Positions 13,201 through 25,364 of a DNA stretch of 64,000 bases are shown one piece after another (the first letter of the stretch is position 1; each line of letters begins with the position of its first letter). Source of the DNA: Hypanus sabinus (lineage: Eukaryota); contig NC_082707.1 of the NCBI RefSeq assembly GCF_030144855.1, positions 170,376,001 to 170,440,000 of the forward strand, read 5' to 3'. Position numbers and translations under genes: made by a program. The notes beneath the pieces were generated by a model that was not told where the DNA came from, ran no database searches, and saw only the letters and a list, made by a program, of their open reading frames with translations.

Positions 13201-13829
13201 GGATCTTATGATCATTGAAGACAGGACCAAGCACATTTCAAGGAAACCAGGCACCACTTTGACTTGTGAAATCCAACAGCTTTAAGTATCTGATATCAAA
13301 AAAGATGAAATTGTCCATCTAGTTCTGCCTGGAGGAAGCTTTCAACAATGCTGCGCTGACTTCACAATAAGTCTAGATAAAGGATGAGATCTATTTATTC
13401 AGACACCAGGACCCAGCTGGAAGCCCGAGAAGAATTTATGCATCATATACGCCAGGAAAGTACTAGATCCTTTCTCATCCCGTTTATCTGTGAGCAAGCT
13501 ACTTTAAACATACAGCATTGGATTAGATATCCAGATTATCACTGCTGAAAGTAGTATTTTTGCTGCAATGACCATATGTAATTCTATTTAATTGTTTTTG
13601 TGGGACTCCATCATCACTGGCAATCCCAGTCGGAGCCGCTGCAGTAGGAGGCAACTTGTAGGAAGTACCAGGCCCATGAGCCAGTGACGATGCAGGCAGA
13701 GCTATATATTTCAAAGTTAGAAAAGCGTGTGGGTTGAAGGGGAACTTACAGGTGATCGCCACCTTCGATCCAGGTGGAAGAGGGTGCTTTCTAAAATAAA
13801 TTTGATAAACTGTTGTGGTGCATCATCTA

Positions 13830-14110
13830 ATTGGTTCACATTCTGGGCATCTTGTACAGATGGTGGAAAGAACAAATATTTCAAGTGATAGGTGGTGCAT
13901 TGATCAAGCGGGCTGCTTTGGCCTGGACGGTGGTTAATTGAATACTGTTGGAACGGCAGTCATGTCGACATATGGATGGAATGATATCATGCTCCTGGCA
14001 TGAATCATAGAATGGAAAGGTTTGTGGATCAGGAGGTCAGTCACACCCGAATGGACATGCAGCCTCAGGACTGCTGTCTCTGGTGCGTTTATAATGTGTG
14101 GTGATTTCAG
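13830..14110 (-). mobile_element. Old CR1 LINE fragment
   Basis: ATCAAGCGGGCTGCTTTGGCCTGGA corresponds on the minus strand to the CR1 ORF2 C-terminal segment (..Q.KAARLI). Confidence 0.55.
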
Positions 14111-14244
14111 CACATGGATGGAGGAAGAAAATTGAGCATCCTGAGAAGACGATTAAGCACATCTGGCTAAAGTGAACTGCTTGCTGCTTATGTGGAGTGA
14201 GAGTTCCTTGCTACCACCAGATGGAGCGAAGGAGACTGACAAAG

Positions 14245-14900
14245 TTATTTATTTATTTAGAGTTACAGTGGAACAGACCCTTCTGGCCTAACAAGCCGTA
14301 CCACCCAGAAGCCTACCTTTAGTATTTAACCCCAGCCTAATCACAGGATCTGGGCAGGTGGGGCTTGTCAGCTTATCAAGAAAAAGATAAAACTCTGATC
14401 TCAAACCTCTGCTGCTTTGCTGCTACTGTATACCCACTCACGGGGAAGGCTTTGGGAGTAAATCCCGAGGGAAAAATCTGGAGCTGGAGTCCCTAAGGCA
14501 GTCCTACTCTAACTTCAATGCTGACAGGCAACTCCTGAGATGCCATTGGTGCCAAACTGCAATGGTCTCTGCAGATCCTTTGGATTCATCAGTTGCATGG
14601 GGAGGCGGAGCCCGACGCATGGGCCACAGCTCGCTCTCCATAACATCCTGTCCTGGCTTGCGTATCTGGGAACATTCACGGTGGACTCCGACCAGCGGGG
14701 TAGGAGTTGGGGAGGGGGGTCCTCAGCAAACACAGAATGATTTACAACACCAATTAACCTACTACCTGGTATGTCTTTGGAAAGGGTGATGGAACCGGAG
14801 CTCCCAGAGGAAAACCCGCGTGTTCACAGGGAGCATGTACTTACAGATACCTCTGAATTCCGATGCTCTGGGCTGTAGTACTGTTGCACTACCTGCCATG
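14245..14900 (-). mobile_element. tRNA-derived SINE (interrupted by an insertion at 14349-14730)
   Basis: GTCTTTGG...GGAACCGGAGCTCCCAGAGGAAAACCCGCG..CACAGGGAG is the reverse of a fish/shark SINE central domain; it ends in a TTTATTTATTTA tail. Confidence 0.7.
14349..14730 (+). mobile_element. RTE-derived non-autonomous element (5'-UTR-like)
   Basis: AAAACTCTGATCTCAAACC and GGGAAAAATCTGGAGCTGGAGTCCCTAAGGCAG resemble RTE leaders; flanked by near-TSD CACAGGA/CACAGAA. Confidence 0.55.
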
Positions 14901-15369
14901 CTTTATCCACTTTGAGTGCTCTAGCGCTGAAGATTTGCTGCAGTCCCCTCCTCAGTGAGATGGCTTCAGAACCAGCAGCTTTATGTTCTCAAAGCAATTT
15001 CTTGCAATCGGAATTATATGAAGCTACATAATAAGCTAAACATACTCAATATGTGAATGGAAGCCAAATCCTAAATCCATTAAGTTCATTGTTGCAAAAT
15101 CTACCCTGTCAAGTTCAAATGTCACTGTGTTCATTTGGCTGCAAGCCTTGTTGAGATATTGTGCAGTTCTGAGCTATCCTCCAAATGGAAAACATTTGAG
15201 TAATTGAATGGTAATATGCTCTGGCATTTAAGCAGCAACAAGTTAACAATAGGTTTGTTTATTGAATTAAAATTGTATTTGAAAATCAGTTCTTGTGTGG
15301 ATGTGTACATTAAGCCTTACTGTCTTGCTTTTATAATGTGTGTATTACTGTACTTCATAACTCCAGAGG

Positions 15370-15655
15370 CCGAGGTTTGGTCCTGTTGGTTGCTGTCAGA
15401 GTGGAGGGTGTATGTTCTCCTTGCAACCACTTTAGTTTCTCCTAGACATTTTGGTTTCCTGCCACAAGACAAATATACGCTGGTTGGTAGGTTGATTGGC
15501 TGCAGGAAATTGCTCTGGTGTAGATGGGTATTGGGAGAGTTGGGCAAAGTTGAAAGTGATGTGAGAAGAAATAATGGGACTTCTATAAATGAGAGCCTGA
15601 TAGTACATATGCAATGGGCTGAAGGGCCTGTTTCAAAGCTGTATGACCCTATGAT
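15370..15655 (+). mobile_element. Degraded tRNA-derived SINE with CR1-like tail
   Basis: GTGGAG..TATGTTCTCC...GGTTTCCTGCCACA...GGTAGGTTGATTGG central domain; ATGGGCTGAAGGGCCTGTTTC CR1-type 3' end. Confidence 0.6.
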
Positions 15656-15911
15656 GTTTGTTCAGATGTATTTTACTATGCTGAGAATATGTAATAGAAA
15701 TTAGCGGAGGCTTTGATGTTGCTTTTGTTTGACAGCAGGATGTACTACATCCACAGCTCAAATTAAATTTATCAAAGTACATATGTGTCACCATATACTA
15801 CCCTGAGATTCATTTTCTTGTGGCCATTCACAGTAAATAGAAAGAAACACAATAGAATCAATGAAAAACCACACAAGCCAGAGATGGGTAAACAACCAAT
15901 GAGCTAAACAC

Positions 15912-16525
15912 AAGTCAAGTCAAGTCAAGTCACTTCTATTGTCAGTTCGACCATAACTGCTGGTACAGTGCATAGTAAAAATGAGACAATGTTTTTCAGG
16001 ACCATGGTGTTACATGACACAGTACAAAAACTAGACCGAACTATGTAAAAAACAACTCAGAGAAAGCTACACTAGACTACAGACCTACACAGGACTGCAT
16101 AAAGTGCACAAAACAGTGCAGGCATTACAATAAATAATAAAAGGACAGTAGGGCAAGGTGTCAGTCCAGGCTTCAGGTATTGAGGAGTCTGATAGCTTGG
16201 GGGAAGAAACTGTTACATAGTCTGGTCGTGAGAGCCTGACTGCTTCGGAGCCTTTTCCCAGACGGCAGGAGGGAGAAGAGATTGTATGAGGGGTACATGG
16301 GGTCCTTCATAATGCTGTTCCCTTTGCGGATGCAGCGTGTAGTGTAAATGTCCGTGATGGCGGGAAGAGAGACCCTGATGATCTTCTCAGCTGACCTCAC
16401 TATCCGCTGCAGGGTCTTGTGATTCGAGATGGTGCAATTTCCGAACCAGGCAGTGATGCAGCTGCTCAGGATGCTCTCAATACAACCCCTGTAGAATGTG
16501 GGAGATGGACTTTCCTCAGCCTTTC
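15912..16525 (-). mobile_element. Rex1/Babar LINE 3' fragment, (CTTGA)n-tailed subfamily
   Basis: ORF 16173-16400 RSAEKII..DIYTTRCIRKGNSIMKDP..FSLLPSGKR..RLCNSFFPQAIRLLN; tail (CAAGT)n on the + strand; near-identical to 43265-43718. Confidence 0.9.
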
Positions 16526-16574
16526 CTCAACAAACTGTGCAAATAAAAAAAAGATTATAAATAAGCAGGAAATA

Positions 16575-16945
16575 TGCCAAATCTACGCAAACTTCTAAAG
16601 AAGTAGAGGTGCTACCGTGCTTTCTTTGTGATGGCAGTTACGTGCTGGACACAGGCCAGATCCTCTGAAATGATAACACCAAGGAACTTAATGTTGCTGA
16701 CTCTCTCCACCTCTAATCCCCTGTTAAGGCCTGGCTCATGGACCTCCAGCTTCTTCTTCCTATGCTCAATAATCATCAGCTCCCTGGTCTTGCTGACATT
16801 GACTGAGAGGTTGTTGCTGTGGCACTACACAGCCAGATTTGTAAACTCCCTCCCACTGCTGATTCGTCACCACCTTTGTATCATCAGTGGTATCATCAGT
16901 CATCTTAAATATGGCATTGGAGTTGTAATTCCCTCACAATCATGA
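16575..16945 (-). mobile_element. Older Rex1/Babar RT fragment
   Basis: Antisense resembles the Rex1 region 2650-2990 (LNVSKTRELMI, VERVSNIKFLGVII). Confidence 0.7.
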
Positions 16946-17996
16946 GTGTGGGGATTGAATGGAAATGATAGGGGTGGAGAAAGGAGAAGTTGGGGGAAAA
17001 TGAAATGACAAAAATGAAAGAGAGGAATCTGGCAACGTTCAAGGAGAGTGTGACATCAGGAGAATCAGTGCAATTTGGGAAGAAGTGGGGCAATATGGTT
17101 AAACTACATAGTGAAGTTAACAATATATGTTTCTCCTTTGAGTTAAATGATATTTATAGAGAACTAATACACAAGGCCATTTAAAAGAGGTTTTCTAGAG
17201 TTGAAAGTATAAGGTAGAGCTGGAATTTAACTACTTTGGAATTTGAACAGCTGCAGTATGTACAAATGGAGTTTCATATTAATTTAGATGCCTTAGCATT
17301 TTCTTTTCACTTCCTTGAATGGCAACTTACAGCATTAATTGATTCATACCCAGAGCTTTACTCCTTTGTGATATCTGACTTTTGACTTATTTTCCCCAAA
17401 GATCAGTGCATAATTATGAAGTGAATTTTTTTTTTAAATTCTGAAGAATAATAATTGCCTGGATTTAAAGAGTACTTTCAACAGACAATATGCAAAATTA
17501 AAAAATTACTAAAGGAGAAGTGGAATTTCTCAGATTCATTTTCAATTTTCAGTTTGACAGCTTGCTCTGCAAAATAGTTGTGGAACCGAATAGGGGAAAT
17601 TCTATTTAAGTCTATTTATTAATTCTATTTTATAGTAAATAACAAAAGTGAATTGTCTTTCATAATATTCATAATAACATCTGCCCGCCACCCCGCTCGG
17701 GATAGGGTTCCCCTTGTCCTTACCTACCACACCACCAGCCTTCAGGTCCAACGTATAATTCTTCGTAACGGGATCCCACTACCAAACACATCTTTCCCTC
17801 CCCCCCTTCCTGTTTTACACAGGGTTCGCTCCCTACATGACTCCCTTGTCCATTCATTCCCCCCATCCCTCCTGGCACTTATCCTTGTAAACGGAACAAG
17901 TGGTACACCTGCCCTTACACTTCCTCCCTCACCACCATTCAGGGCCCCAGACAGTCCTTCCAGGTGAGGTGACACTTCACCTGTGAGTCGGCTGGT

Positions 17997-18290
17997 TTGG
18001 TATACTGCGTCCGGTGCTCCCGGTGTGGCCTTTTATATATTGGTGAGACCCGACGCAGACTGGGAGACTGTTTTGCTGAACACCTACGCTCGGTCCGCCA
18101 GAGAAAGCAGGATCTCCCAGTGGCCACACAGTTTAAATCCACTTCCCATTCCCATTCTGATATGTCTATCCATGGCCTCCTCTACTGTCAAGATGAATCC
18201 ACACTCAGGTTGGAGGAACAACACCTTATATACCGGCTGGGCAGCCTCCAATCTGATGGCATGAACATTGACTTCTCTAACTTCCGTTAA
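17997..18290 (+). pseudogene. Uninterrupted GIY-YIG endonuclease domain of the PLE (fragment of a larger ORF)
   Basis: VYCVRCSRCGLLYIGETRRRLGDCFAEH...LEEQHLIYRLGSLQSDGMN, ending at the natural stop codon. Confidence 0.85.
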
Positions 18291-18582
18291 TGCCCCTCCT
18301 CCCCTTCTTACCCCATCCCTGACATATTTAGTTGTTTGGTTTTTTTCTCTCTCTCTGCCCATCACTCTGCCTGTTCTCCATCTCCCTCTGGTGCTCCCCC
18401 CCGCTTTCTTTCTCCCGAGGCCTCCCGTCCCATGATCCTTTCCCTTCTCCAGCTCTGTATCACTTTTGTCAATCACCTTTCCAGCTCTTAGCTTCACCCC
18501 ACCCCCTCCGGTCTTCTCTTATCATTTCGCATTTCCCCCTCCCCCCACTACTTTCAAACCTCTTACTATCTCTCCTTTCAGT

Positions 18583-18620
18583 TAGTCCTGATGAAGGGTC
18601 TCAGCCCGAAATGTTGACAG
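18583..18620 (+). ncRNA. Minimal type I hammerhead ribozyme motif (PLE-associated)
   Basis: gtc-CTGATGA-aGGG-tctcag-CCC-GAAA-tgtt-gac: intact core and stem II, with helix I GTC/GAC. Confidence 0.7.
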
Positions 18621-19044
18621 TGTTTCTCCCTATAGATGCTGCCTGGCCTGCTGTGTTCTACCAGCATTTTGTGTGTGTTGTTTGTCTTTCATAATAAACT
18701 GATTATTGAACTGAATAAGTATTATGGTAATAAAGGTGACAGAATTAAATACTGATTGAAAACCTGTTTACTCAAAATCCACATTGCCAATCCTGCCTTT
18801 ATTAATAAATTACAAAAGTCTAAATTAATAAAGACAAATTATGTTTGCAACCAAGAAGGAATTTCATCCCATGAATTAGGTAATGCCATGATTCATTGTT
18901 GCATGATTTCACAATTTTTTATCATTTGTTCACAATTAGTTACTTTCAGCGTAATCCCTGTTCACCTGATATTTGAATACTATTACTCAATGACGTGTCA
19001 TGATGTGATTCTGCTTTCTGGTCGCTCCTTTTTTTGTTGTTATT

Positions 19045-19345
19045 TTGGGTAACTTTGAATCGGGGCAGCCTGCAAATACTGGGCACTGAGCTGAACTGAA
19101 TACGCCTGGACTCTTCTGATTTTGTATTTTACATTTTGTGTTTTTCACTCATTTTCTTTGTTGCTGGTTGTGCGATTTGTTGTTTTTTTTGCATGTATGT
19201 GTGGAGGGAGGGTTTGATGATTTTCTTTGAACAGGTTCAGTGGTTTTCTTATTTTCGTGGCTGTCTGTGAGGAATACGAACCTCAGGGTTGCATACCACA
19301 TACTGCACATATTTTGATAATATATGTACTTTGAATCATTGAATA
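19045..19345 (+). mobile_element. Non-coding retroposon 3' part with CTTTGAA-type tail
   Basis: T/G-rich body, GAACCTCAGGGTTG..., TTTGATAATATATGTACTTTGAA tail shared with 15770-15910 and 52985-53472. Confidence 0.6.
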
Positions 19346-20864
19346 TGTACATTATATTTTTATACAGTAGATGAATAAAGAAAGAAAAGTGTCTTTTGCA
19401 TCTGCTTTTGAGCTGGATTTCCTTAGTTAACTAATACCATCTCCGGTTAATTGCTGCATGATGGTGTCACTATAAAAATATTCCAATAATCTGATTGCAG
19501 AAAATTGTTAGACAATAATTTGCAGTAATTATTGTTATACCGGAATACAAAATAGAAACAATTGAGAAGAAATCAGGAAAGACCACGGATTACCATTTTA
19601 AACACTCAGGTTCCAGGAAACAAATGTATTTGACCAGATATAATTTGCGCTTCTCCTGTAAGTAATCTATGGAAATCAGCAAAACTTATTTTTGGATTAC
19701 CATGTTTCTGATTACTCAACATTAACTGCATTTTTTCTTCATTTGGCTAATGGAATTCCACAATGACAGGTGTTGTGAGGCAGCCTAAGAATTTCAAATT
19801 TACTTCAGCACATTAATTCCTAACCTTGCAGCCATCAATAGAAAAAGACAAGTGAACTAGCATTTTACTGTTTGAAGAGGGCATGCTCACTTCCATTTTC
19901 ATGCCTAATGAGCAGCCTGGCTGAGAGAACTGCGCTGTACAGCTGTATTCATATCTTTAGCTGTGGCTAACTCACTTTGACACAGAGACATCAGCCAACG
20001 TGTCTCTCATTCTCCTGTATCACTCTATGGGGAGTCGTTAACCATTACAGAGAAACTAAGATTGTCACATAGTTCCTGCACACCTTAAAGCATTCAGGAA
20101 AAATGCCATTCAATTAAATGCAAACTGTAGGAGTCAAGCCAAGGCAACTTACAATTAAAAACAACAAATGAGATCATCAGGCAGAACGTATTTTACTCAC
20201 AAGTATTTGAGAATTGTGGATGAACCTCCAAACTACAGAGGATGGTAAACTTTGCTGACAATTTGTTCCCCAAAAACTGCCCATAAAATAAATACAAATG
20301 ATAATGATTCACAGCTAAGTTGTTTTAATTTTACAAAAATATAATTCATATTTTATGTGCTATAATGAATTTATTGAAACTTCAGTAAGATGTGACTTCA
20401 TAGTTTCAATGACTGGATATAAATTTCAATATATTAGTTAAAGCAATTGTGCACATACTTTTCAACAGGTGCAGCATCTTTGAATTTTGTATATTTTCAA
20501 TGTGCAATTTGCTAAATTTTAGGATTAGGGCTTGTTTCGCCCTTTCCCTTGTGTAATCATGGCAACAATTTTGCAGTAACTTAAAATAATTACTTAAATG
20601 GGAAGCAAATTGTTAATTTGGTGCTACGATTGCACATCAATTTACTCATATGGGTTGACATTTCAAACTTTGATTTCTAAAACTTATAAAAATGGTTGTT
20701 TACCTGTACAAATGTATAATATTAATTTACACTGCCTTGGAAGGAATAGTTTATGGTTAAGCATTACAGTCATCTAAAACAGAAGAATAAATATCTCAAC
20801 AATTCAAACTGGGTATTCATTGTTTGAACCTTATACTAGCAAAGCAGACAACACACACAAAATT

Positions 20865-22391
20865 TGGCTGACTTCAGGGGTTGGGAAGATGTTAGAGTCA
20901 ATTGTTAAGGATGAGGTGATGGAGTACTTGGTGACACATGACAAGATAGTACAAAGTCAGCATGGTTTCCTTCAGGGAAAATCCTGCCTAACAAACCTGT
21001 TGGAATTCTTTGAGGAGATTACGAGTAGGAGGGATAGATAAGTGGGATGCAGTGGGTGTTGAATATTTGGACTTTCAGAGGCCTTTGACAAGTTGCCACA
21101 CATGAGGCTGCTTACCAAGTTAAAAGCCCATGGTATTACAGGACAATTACTAACATGGTTAGAGCATTGGCTGATTGGTAGGAGGCAGCGAGTGGGAATA
21201 AAAGGATCCTTTTCTGGTTGGCTGCAAGTAGCTAGTGGTGTTCCGCAGGGCTCAGTGTTGGGACCACTTCTTTTTATGCTGTATATAAATGATTTTGATG
21301 ATAGAATAGATAGCTTTGTTGCCAAGTTTGCAGATGATATGGTGATTGGTGGAGGGACAGGTCGTGTTGAGGTAAAAGGTAGGCTGCAGAAGGACTTAGA
21401 CAGATTAGGAGAATGGGCATTCTATTACAGATTTGGTAGTAGAAATAAATGTGCATACTATTTTCTAAATGGGGAGAAAATCCAAAAATCTGAGATGCAA
21501 AGGGACTTGGGAGTCCTTGTGCAGAACACCCTAAAGGTTAACTTGCAGGTTGAATCGGTGGTGAGGAAGGCGAATGCCATGTTAGCATTCATTTCAAGAC
21601 GTCTAGAATACAAGAACAAGGATGTGATGCTGAGGCTTTATAAGGCATTGGTGAGCCTCACCTTGACTATTGTGAACAGTTTTGGGCCCCTCATCTTAGA
21701 AAAGATGTGCTGGCATTGGAGAAGGTCACAAGGATTATTCCAGGAATGCGCACAAAATGCTGGTGGAACGCAACAGGTCAGGCAGCAGGTGTTTTGGCCC
21801 GAAATGTTGACTGTACTTCTCTCTATAGATGCTGCCTGTCCTGCTGTGTTCCACCAGCATTTTGTGTGTGTTGTTTGAATTTCCAGCATCTGCAGATTTC
21901 CTCATGTTTGTGATTCCAGGAATGAAAGGGTTATCATATGAGGAATGTTTGATGGCTCTGGGTCCATACCCACCAGAATTCAGCAGGAAGAGGGGGGATC
22001 TCATTGAAACCTTTCAAATGTTGAAAGGCCTAGACCGAGCAGATGTGAGAAAGATGTTTCCCATGGTGGGAGAGTCTAGGACAAGAGGGCACAGCTACAG
22101 GATAGGGGGTGCCCTTTCAAAACAGGGATGCGGAGAAACTTCTTTAGTCAAGTGGTGGGTGAATTTGTGGAATTTATTGCCACATGCAGCTATGGAGGCC
22201 AGGTCATTGGGGGTATTTAAGGCAGAGATTGATAAGTTCTTGGTTGGACATGGCATCAAAGGTTACAGGGCGAAGGCTGGGAACTGGGTTTGAGGAGGAG
22301 AAAAAAAAGGACTAGCCATGATTGAATGGTGGAGTAGACTCGATGGGACAGATAGCCTAATCTGCTCATACTTCTTATGGTCTTATGGTCT
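20865..22391 (+). mobile_element. CR1 LINE, RT domain to 3' tail (5'-truncated, degenerate)
   Basis: SQHGFLQGKSCLTNLLEFFE, SGVPQGSVLGPLLF..KFADD, RDLGVLV, LWNLLP; ends CTTATGGTCTTATGGTCT. Confidence 0.95.
21749..21912 (+). mobile_element. 164-bp fold-back mini-element derived from the PLE terminal repeat
   Basis: Perfect 12-bp TSD ATTCCAGGAATG (21737-21748, 21913-21924) inside the CR1 ORF; arm 21751-21787 is the imperfect reverse complement of 21830-21866. Confidence 0.85.
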
Positions 22392-22392
22392 A

Positions 22393-22930
22393 AAATACTG
22401 GTGGAACTCAGCATCTATGGAAAAGAGGACAGTTGATGTTTTGGTCCGAGACTATTGGGCGGGACTGGAGGGAAAAAGCTGAGGAGTATATTTAAGAGGT
22501 GGGGGGAGGGGAGACAGAAACACAAGGTGATAGGTGAAACCTGAAGGGGGAGGGATGATGTAAAGAGCTGGGAAGTTGATTGGCGAAAGAGATACAGGGC
22601 TGGAGAATGAGAAGTGTGATAGATGAGAACAGAAAGCCATGGAAGAAAGAAAGAGGGGGAGGAGCACCAGAGGGAGGCGATGGGCAGGCAAGGAGAAAAG
22701 GTGAGAGTGGGAAAAGGGGATGGGGAATGGTGAAGCGGAGGCAGGGTATTACCAGAAGTTTGAGAAAACAGGTTGGAGACCACACCGACTGAACTGAACA
22801 CAGTTCCTCCAACCTAAGAGTGGCCTCATCACGACAGTGGAGGAAGCAATGGATAGACATATCGAAATGGGAGTGGGAAGTGGAATTAAAGTGTGTGGCC
22901 ACTGGGAAATCCCACTCTGTTCTGGCAGGC
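22393..22930 (-). mobile_element. Neptune-type PLE 3' fragment
   Basis: DFPVATHFNSTSHSHFDMSIH..EATLRLEE; purine-rich + strand mirrors the PLE 3' region. Confidence 0.85.
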
Positions 22931-23774
22931 AATGCTTTAAAATCTAGTAGATTAGTATTTCTGCAGAGAATTTATCGATCTCTGAGTGATGGGACACGAG
23001 GCACTATTTCGATGTTTAAATCAGGTGACTTGATGTTCACATAAATTTATGAAACATTACCTCAAATATAATGCAAAGTAGAGTAAAAGATTCCAAAACT
23101 CTGTCTGCTGGAAACTTGTTAAAACTGACAGTTTCACGTCAGTGTTTCCTCTGATATTCATCCCACATCCCATGAGACTGAGGAGCAAGTATCTCATTTG
23201 AATTGAGCTGGAAAGGCAAGTGCACGTTGGGTATCGTCCCAGAACCTGTGTGCTCACGCGGCTCATCGAGCTCACACCTGTGCGTCATCAGAAGTAGTGT
23301 CACCATGGCCTCACGAGCAAGTCAGCCCTTTGAGAACTTAACCTGCTCTAAAAATTAGCATTCAATGAAAGGCTTGCTCTTACATTAATTACACATTCTG
23401 GTAATGCTAAACACGCAGCTTTAGTGAATAATTCAAACTTTAATTTAACAGGGAACATAACACTTGAGAGAATTGTGGGTGGATCTGAGCAGATGGGCCA
23501 GCAATCAAACACACCTACATCGGATACACTTCTGTTGACCTGGCTGTAACATCCTCTTAGTTTCATGAGATGAGGAACTGGATGAGAATGGGGGAAGGAG
23601 CATAGCATAGTCACTCTGGCTCACTAACAATGCCAGTTTGTAGTTATTATAAAGTCACTTCAGTCTTTGGGAGTCCAGATTGATTCTAAAGCAGGTCTCA
23701 ACCAGAGAGTATACTTGTTGCCATGTAGAGACTGGTGCATTGATCACATGCTGAGTCCTTGCACACAGAGTTAT

Positions 23775-25300
23775 GAAGTCGTAGAACACTACAGTACAGA
23801 AATAGGCTCTTTGGTCCACTTAGTCCATACCAAATTATAAATCTGCCTAGTCCCATCGACAAGCCCACATACGATAGCCCTCCATACCCTTCCCATCCAT
23901 GTACCTATCCAGATTTCTCTTGAATGTTGAAATCAACATCACCTGCACTCGCAGCTTGCTCCACACTCTCACCACCTTCTGAGTGAAGAGGTTCCCTACC
24001 ATGTTGCCCTTAAACATTTCACCTTTTATCTTTAACCCTTGACCTCTAGTTCCAGCCTCACCTAACCTAGTGGAAAAAATCTGCTTGAATTTACCCTATC
24101 TATACCTTTCATAATTTTGTATACCTCTATCAAATTTCCCCTCACACTTCTCCAATCTAGGAATAAAGTCCTAACTGATTCAACCTTTCTGTATGACGCA
24201 GGTTCTCAAGTCCTGGCAATATCCTTGTAAATTTCCTCTGCACTCCTTCAACCTTATTTACATCTTTCCTGCAGGTAGGAGACCAAAACTGCACGCATAC
24301 TCCAAATTAAGCCTTAGCAACAGCTTATACAATTTCAACAAAACCTTCCAATTCCTGCACTCAATACTTTGATTTATGAAGGCCCACTGTGCCAAAAGCT
24401 TTCTTTATGGCTCTATCTACCTGTGACGCCACTTTTAAAGCACTATTGAGCTGAATTCCCAGATTCCTCTGTTTCAGTGTACTTCCTCCTGCTCTTCTGC
24501 TTAATGAATAAATCTTACTTTGCTTTGTCCTCCCACAGTGCAACACCTCACACTTGTTTACATTAAATTCCATCTGTCATTTTAGCCCATTTTTCCAGCT
24601 GATACAGATCCCACTGCATGTTTTGATAGTCTTTCTTGCAGTCTACTATACCCCCCCCCCCAACCTTAGTGTTATCTTCAAGTTTGCTGATCCAGTTTAC
24701 CATATTGTCATCCAGATCATTTGGATAGATGACTAACAACAACAGACCCAGCACTGATCCCTGCAGCACTCCACTGGTCACAACCGCCTACTACCACTCT
24801 CTGGCTTCTGTAGCAAAAGCTAATGTTGAATCCAATTTACTAACTCATCTTCAATGCCTTACCAACACTTGAGCCTTCTTGACCTATCTTCCATGCAGGA
24901 CCTTGCCAAAAACCTTGCTGAAGTCCATGTAGACAACATCCACTGCCTTGCCTTCATTGACTTTCCTGGTAACTTCCTTGAAAAAGCACTGTAAGATTGG
25001 TTAGACATGCCTATCATGCTCAAAGCCATGCTGACTATCCCTAATCAGACCCTGTCGATCCAAATACTTATATATCTGGATCTGGTCCCTTAGAATACCT
25101 TCCAATAACTTACCCACTACTGATGCCAGGCTCACCAGTCTATATTTTCCTGGCTTATTCTTAGAGCCTTTCTCAAACAGTGGAACTGCTTTAGCTATCC
25201 TCTAATCTCCTGGCATCTCACCTGTGACTAAGGACATTTTAAATGTCTCTATTTTGGGGCACCTGCAATTTCTGCACTAACCTCCCACAGGGTCGAAGGG
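23775..25300 (-). mobile_element. CR1 LINE RT-to-3' fragment
   Basis: TSGVLQGSVLGLLL, MEFNVNKCEVLH, LKVASQVDRAIKKAFG. Confidence 0.9.
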
Positions 25301-25364
25301 AATTTAAAACTCTCAGATAAGCAGCCTCCATCCCAGATTTCTTATTGGACTTGCAGGGTGTGAG

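Larger units (their letters stand above)
17668..18681 (+). mobile_element. Neptune-type Penelope-like element, 5'-truncated, with 15-bp TSD
   Basis: RDRVPLVLTYH RT-thumb remnant, YPCKRNK.YTCP zinc knuckle, GIY-YIG, hammerhead motif; TTGTCTTTCATAATA at 17653-17667 and 18682-18696. Confidence 0.92.

Noticed and set aside
21093-21878. 261-aa ORF as a functional RT gene
   Set aside because: CR1 fragment with internal deletion and frameshift that runs into the inserted fold-back element.
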